Assembly: GCA_035602775.1 (NCBI GenBank)
Contig: DATNLS010000245.1
Span: 1-37,217, forward strand
Origin: Candidatus Acidiferrales bacterium
GTDB taxonomy: Bacteria; Desulfobacterota; Binatia; Binatales; Binataceae
Length of the DNA stretch: 37,217 nt
Direction: 5' to 3'
The translations under genes were made by a program, and so were the position numbers. This document shows, one piece after another, positions 34,471-37,217 of this stretch (positions are counted from its first letter, which is position 1; the number at the start of each line of letters is the position of its first letter). Under the pieces are notes generated by a model. It saw only the letters and a program-made list of their open reading frames with translations, was not told where the DNA came from and searched no databases.

Positions 34471-35160
34471 ATGATTCGCGCCGTGATATTCGATCTTGAC
34501 GGGACGCTGGTTGATTCTGAGCCGTTGCATTTCGCCGCTTTCAACGAGGTTCTGCGTGCTGACGGGATCGAGATTGGGTTTGAGGATTACACGGCACGGC
34601 TGATTGGGTTCAATGATCACGATTGCTTCTCGACCGTGCTGAGCGAGAATCACAAGGATGCAAGCGAGGCGCATGTCGCGGAGTTGATCGCGCGCAAGAC
34701 TGCCGTCTATCAGGCGACCATCGCTGAGCGCGAGGTGCTCTATCCCGGGGCGGAGAAATTTGTGCGCGATTGTGCGCATAGATTTCCTCTGATGATCGCG
34801 ACCGGCACGTTGCGTGTCGAGGCTGAGACGATTCTTCGGCGCGCGGGACTTCGCGATCTGTTTCTCGACATTATCGCGGCCGACGACGTCGAGCGCGGTA
34901 AGCCCGAGCCGGACGGGTTTATCGCGGCGCTCGGCCGGATCGGTTATTTGCTGCGGCAGCGCGATCCGGTGCTGGCAGACGAATGCCTGGTGGTCGAGGA
35001 CACGCCGGCCGGGGTTGAGGCGGCGCATCGCGCGGGCATGAAGGTGCTGGCGCTATGTCATATGGCGCCGGCGAGCGATCTGGCGGGCGCTGACGTCGTA
35101 CGCGAATCGATTTCCAATCTGGATCTCGACGATGTAATCCACGCACTCAGGGGACGATGA
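34471..35160 (+). CDS. HAD-superfamily hydrolase (beta-phosphoglucomutase/phosphatase-like, subfamily IA)
   Basis: Motif I VIFDLDGTLVDSE, motif II IATGT, and motifs III/IV KPEPDGF...VVEDTPAGVEAA. Confidence 0.9.
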   Translation: MIRAVIFDLDGTLVDSEPLHFAAFNEVLRADGIEIGFEDYTARLIGFNDHDCFSTVLSENHKDASEAHVAELIARKTAVYQATIAEREVLYPGAEKFVRDCAHRFPLMIATGTLRVEAETILRRAGLRDLFLDIIAADDVERGKPEPDGFIAALGRIGYLLRQRDPVLADECLVVEDTPAGVEAAHRAGMKVLALCHMAPASDLAGADVVRESISNLDLDDVIHALRGR

Positions 35161-35834
35161 TGGCGGCGAAGCTCTACCAGTTTCTCGGCAGCCCGTTCTG
35201 CGCCAAGGTGCGCAAGCTGCTCGCGTTCAAGGGCATCGAGTTCGAAGTGGTCGAGGTCGACTACCTCGAGCGCAAGGAATTGCTGCTCGCGTCGGGGCAG
35301 ATAACGGTGCCGGCCGTCACGCTGGACAATGGTAGTGGCGAGACGATCGTCGATTCCACGCGAATCGCGATGCGCCTCGAGGAGCTTTATCCCGAGCCGA
35401 CGCTTTTTCCCGCCCGATGGCGCGGGATACATCTGGCGCTCGCCGACTATATCGACAATCGGCTCGAGGACTCGATATTCCCACTCGCGCTCGCCGACGA
35501 ACTTGCTTACTACAGCCGCGAGGGTGCTGATCGTGGCGCGCTGTGGCGCTTCATCCGCGAGCGCAAGTACGGCAAGGGTTTCGTCGATCGAACTATCGCG
35601 GATCATAAAGCCAACTGGGAACGGTTTCGTAGCGCGCTCGCACCGTTCGAGGAGCAACTCGGCAACGCGCCGTTTCTGACCGGCAGGATCGGGTTGGCGG
35701 ATTTCGCGCTGTACGGGCAGTTGTTTTACCTGGCGTTCACGGGCGAGCTGAAAATTCCCGCCGAGATGAAGAATTTGCGCGCGTTTTTCGGGCGCGTTGA
35801 TCGGATTAGCTCGATAGTCGAAGAGACTAATTGA
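35157..35834 (+). CDS. Glutathione S-transferase / glutaredoxin-2-like protein
   Basis: Thioredoxin-fold N-terminus KLYQFLGSPFCAKVRKLLAFKGIEFEVVEVD...VPAV...DSTRI and a helical C-terminal domain. ATGA start/stop overlap with the HAD gene. Confidence 0.75.
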   Translation: MMAAKLYQFLGSPFCAKVRKLLAFKGIEFEVVEVDYLERKELLLASGQITVPAVTLDNGSGETIVDSTRIAMRLEELYPEPTLFPARWRGIHLALADYIDNRLEDSIFPLALADELAYYSREGADRGALWRFIRERKYGKGFVDRTIADHKANWERFRSALAPFEEQLGNAPFLTGRIGLADFALYGQLFYLAFTGELKIPAEMKNLRAFFGRVDRISSIVEETN

Positions 35835-35926
35835 ATGTGAAACCCTCGGTGGGTTTCACGCTTCCTTCGGCAGGGCTGAGCCCTGCACCCAGTGTTAAAA
35901 AAAAAGATGCGGGACTTCGTCCCTGG
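35829..35926 (+). repeat. Three-hairpin extragenic repeat, copy c (contains the stop codon of the GST-like gene)
   Basis: aattgaatg + gtgaaaccc-tcgg-tgggtttcac + gcagggc-tga-gccctgc + acccagtgttaaaaaaaaa + gggac-ttc-gtccc. The TGA at 35832-35834 is the gene stop. Confidence 0.75.
35897..35925 (-). terminator. Possible weak intrinsic terminator for the vanZ-like gene (third hairpin of repeat copy c read on the minus strand)
   Basis: The minus strand reads gggac-gaa-gtccc, then gcatc, then T9. It lies about 20 nt downstream of the stop at 35948. The stem is only 5 bp. Confidence 0.35.
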
Positions 35927-35947
35927 TAGGAAGTGTTGGGGAAGAAG

Positions 35948-36424
35948 TTAGGCGATTTCGGCTATTGCGGTTGTCAGGAAGTGGCTGAAGAGGGCGCCGG
36001 TCCCGTCGAGCGCTACATCATATAACGACGCGGTGCGGCCGGGCACGAACGCCTGATGGCCCTCGTCGGTCAGCGCATATACAACACACAGCATCAGCGC
36101 GAGGTACGGCCGTTCCTTCATTGGTCCGCGCACCAGAAGCCAGAAAAGAATTCCGTACTCGGTGAAATGCGCGGCCTTGCGGACTAGCATATGGCCGACA
36201 TCGACCGACGCGGCGGTGATGCCTGGGATCAGCCATCGCAGTATCGGATCGATGATGCGGCCCGTGTTGGCGGCGGAAAACGCCGAGGTCGAGAGCGTGA
36301 AGATCAAGGCGCCCCACAGGAGTACCGGGATCCATTCGCCGATCGGAGCGAGCTCCGAGCCGCCGGCCTCCAGGGATTTCTCCGCCGGCATCAGTTGGCC
36401 GCCGTTTTCACGACGGCTGCACAA
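35948..36424 (-). CDS. VanZ-family membrane protein
   Basis: KAAHFTEYGILFWLL and ALTDEGHQAFVPGRTASLYDVALDGTGA are VanZ-like motifs. About 4 TM segments. ATG 36391 (MPAEKS) is an alternative start. Confidence 0.75.
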   Translation of the reverse strand: MCSRRENGGQLMPAEKSLEAGGSELAPIGEWIPVLLWGALIFTLSTSAFSAANTGRIIDPILRWLIPGITAASVDVGHMLVRKAAHFTEYGILFWLLVRGPMKERPYLALMLCVVYALTDEGHQAFVPGRTASLYDVALDGTGALFSHFLTTAIAEIA

Positions 36425-36561
36425 GACTTGCAGTCGAAAGTCGTGCTGGAATTTCGGGCCAGGCGCTTTTTCATGAAGCTAGTAAACGTGTCAAACTTGG
36501 GAATCATCGCTGCGAGTAAAGATTAGAATTGCGCCCGCGCGGAGACAAGGTAGGTGGCAGC

Positions 36562-37217
36562 ATGGAAAGCAACGTGGACAACCTCCTAACTATACAACGA
36601 GCGCAGCCGGCTCCGCCATGCACCGTGGTTATCTTTGGCGCGTCCGGCGATCTCGCCAAGCGCAAGCTGATTCCGTCGCTGTACAACCTGGTCGCGTGCG
36701 GCGAGGGCATGATGCCGGCGAAAAGCGCGGTGGTGGGCTTCGCGCGGCGCGAAATGTCGATCGCCGATTTCCGCAAAAGCGCGCACGACTGGACCACCCG
36801 CTTCTCGCGCCTGAAAGTCGACGAGACCTGCTGGGCGAATTTCGCCGACAGCCTCGACTACCTGTCCGGGCTCGACCGTCCCGACAGTTTCGCGAAACTT
36901 AAAGTGAAACTTGAAGCTATCGAGAAGGCACGCGGCATCCCGCCCAATCGCGTTTACTATATGGCGATACCGCCCGAAGCGATTCCCGAATCGGTCCAGC
37001 GTCTGTCCGAAGCCGGCCTTATCTACAAGCCCGACGCGCCGCATTTCTCGCGCGTGGTGGTCGAAAAACCGATCGGCCACGATCTGCCGAGCGCGCTCGA
37101 GGTCAACCGCGTGCTGGTCAAGTATCTCGACGAGTCGCAGATTTTCAGAATCGATCACTACCTCGGCAAAGAAACCGTACAGAACCTGCTGGCGCTGCGC
37201 TTCTCGAACAGTATTTT
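36562..37217 (+). CDS. zwf: Glucose-6-phosphate 1-dehydrogenase, N-terminal part (continues past window end)
   Basis: Hand translation from ATG 36562: MESNVDNLLTIQRAQPAPPCTVVIFGASGDLAKRKLIPSLYNL (NADP motif GASGDLA) ... VVEKPIGHDL ... FRIDHYLGKETVQNLLALRFSN (G6PD signature). Not in the ORF track because it is open-ended. The antisense ORF 36586..37158 is a shadow. Confidence 0.95.
   Translation, partial: MESNVDNLLTIQRAQPAPPCTVVIFGASGDLAKRKLIPSLYNLVACGEGMMPAKSAVVGFARREMSIADFRKSAHDWTTRFSRLKVDETCWANFADSLDYLSGLDRPDSFAKLKVKLEAIEKARGIPPNRVYYMAIPPEAIPESVQRLSEAGLIYKPDAPHFSRVVVEKPIGHDLPSALEVNRVLVKYLDESQIFRIDHYLGKETVQNLLALRFSNSI

Noticed and set aside
30617-35926. The three-hairpin repeats might be integron attC sites (gene 3' ends, GTTAAGA/GTTAAAA resembling a GTTRRRY core), or might encode a micro-ORF (MWNPPWVPRLLGQG).
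   Set aside because: attC folds as one long imperfect hairpin with R''/R' ends, whereas these are three independent short hairpins. The intervening segments hold 2-4 housekeeping-like overlapping genes, not cassettes, and no intI is present. The micro-ORF is abolished in copy c (ATG TGA).

Overview
GC-rich bacterial chromosomal window; all family calls come from motif reading by eye, with no database search. Positions 1-28,699 form one co-directional minus-strand cell-surface glycan locus of about 17 genes. In transcription order it reads: a WecA/MraY-type initiating phosphoglycosyltransferase fused to a CapD/WbpM-like membrane/Rossmann module; a small secreted protein; a ~5.4-kb giant secreted repeat-protein gene (12 NHL blades, Thr/Pro/Ala linker, 7 GloVer-like Cys-containing repeats, Ig-like domain, Thr/Ala linker, 3 choice-of-anchor-D-like domains) broken into four ORFs by three frame disruptions; a phage-tailspike-like beta-helix/LamG protein; a small CarboxypepD_reg-like protein; a Wza-like exporter; a Wzc-like tyrosine autokinase; a 958-aa Wzy_C/O-antigen-ligase-like protein with C-terminal TPRs; three GT4 glycosyltransferases; a GT-C-like polytopic glycosyltransferase; three SAM methyltransferases in a low-GC island; a second Wzy-like membrane protein; and a GT4 cut by the window edge. 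No Wzx flippase, exosortase or PEP-CTERM tail is visible. Positions 29.1-37.2 kb carry housekeeping-type genes: lipoprotein, HtrA-like protease, divergent LplA-like protein, HEAT-repeat protein, PPOX/F420-type protein, M24 peptidase, HAD hydrolase, GST/Grx2-like protein, VanZ and the 5' part of zwf. These are punctuated by a three-hairpin extragenic repeat family whose copies differ by compensatory substitutions. The most interesting hypothesis is that the locus couples glycan assembly and export with its own giant Thr/Ala/Pro-linker matrix protein (a possible O-glycosylation substrate of the Wzy_C-TPR or GT-C enzyme) and a tailspike-like depolymerase.
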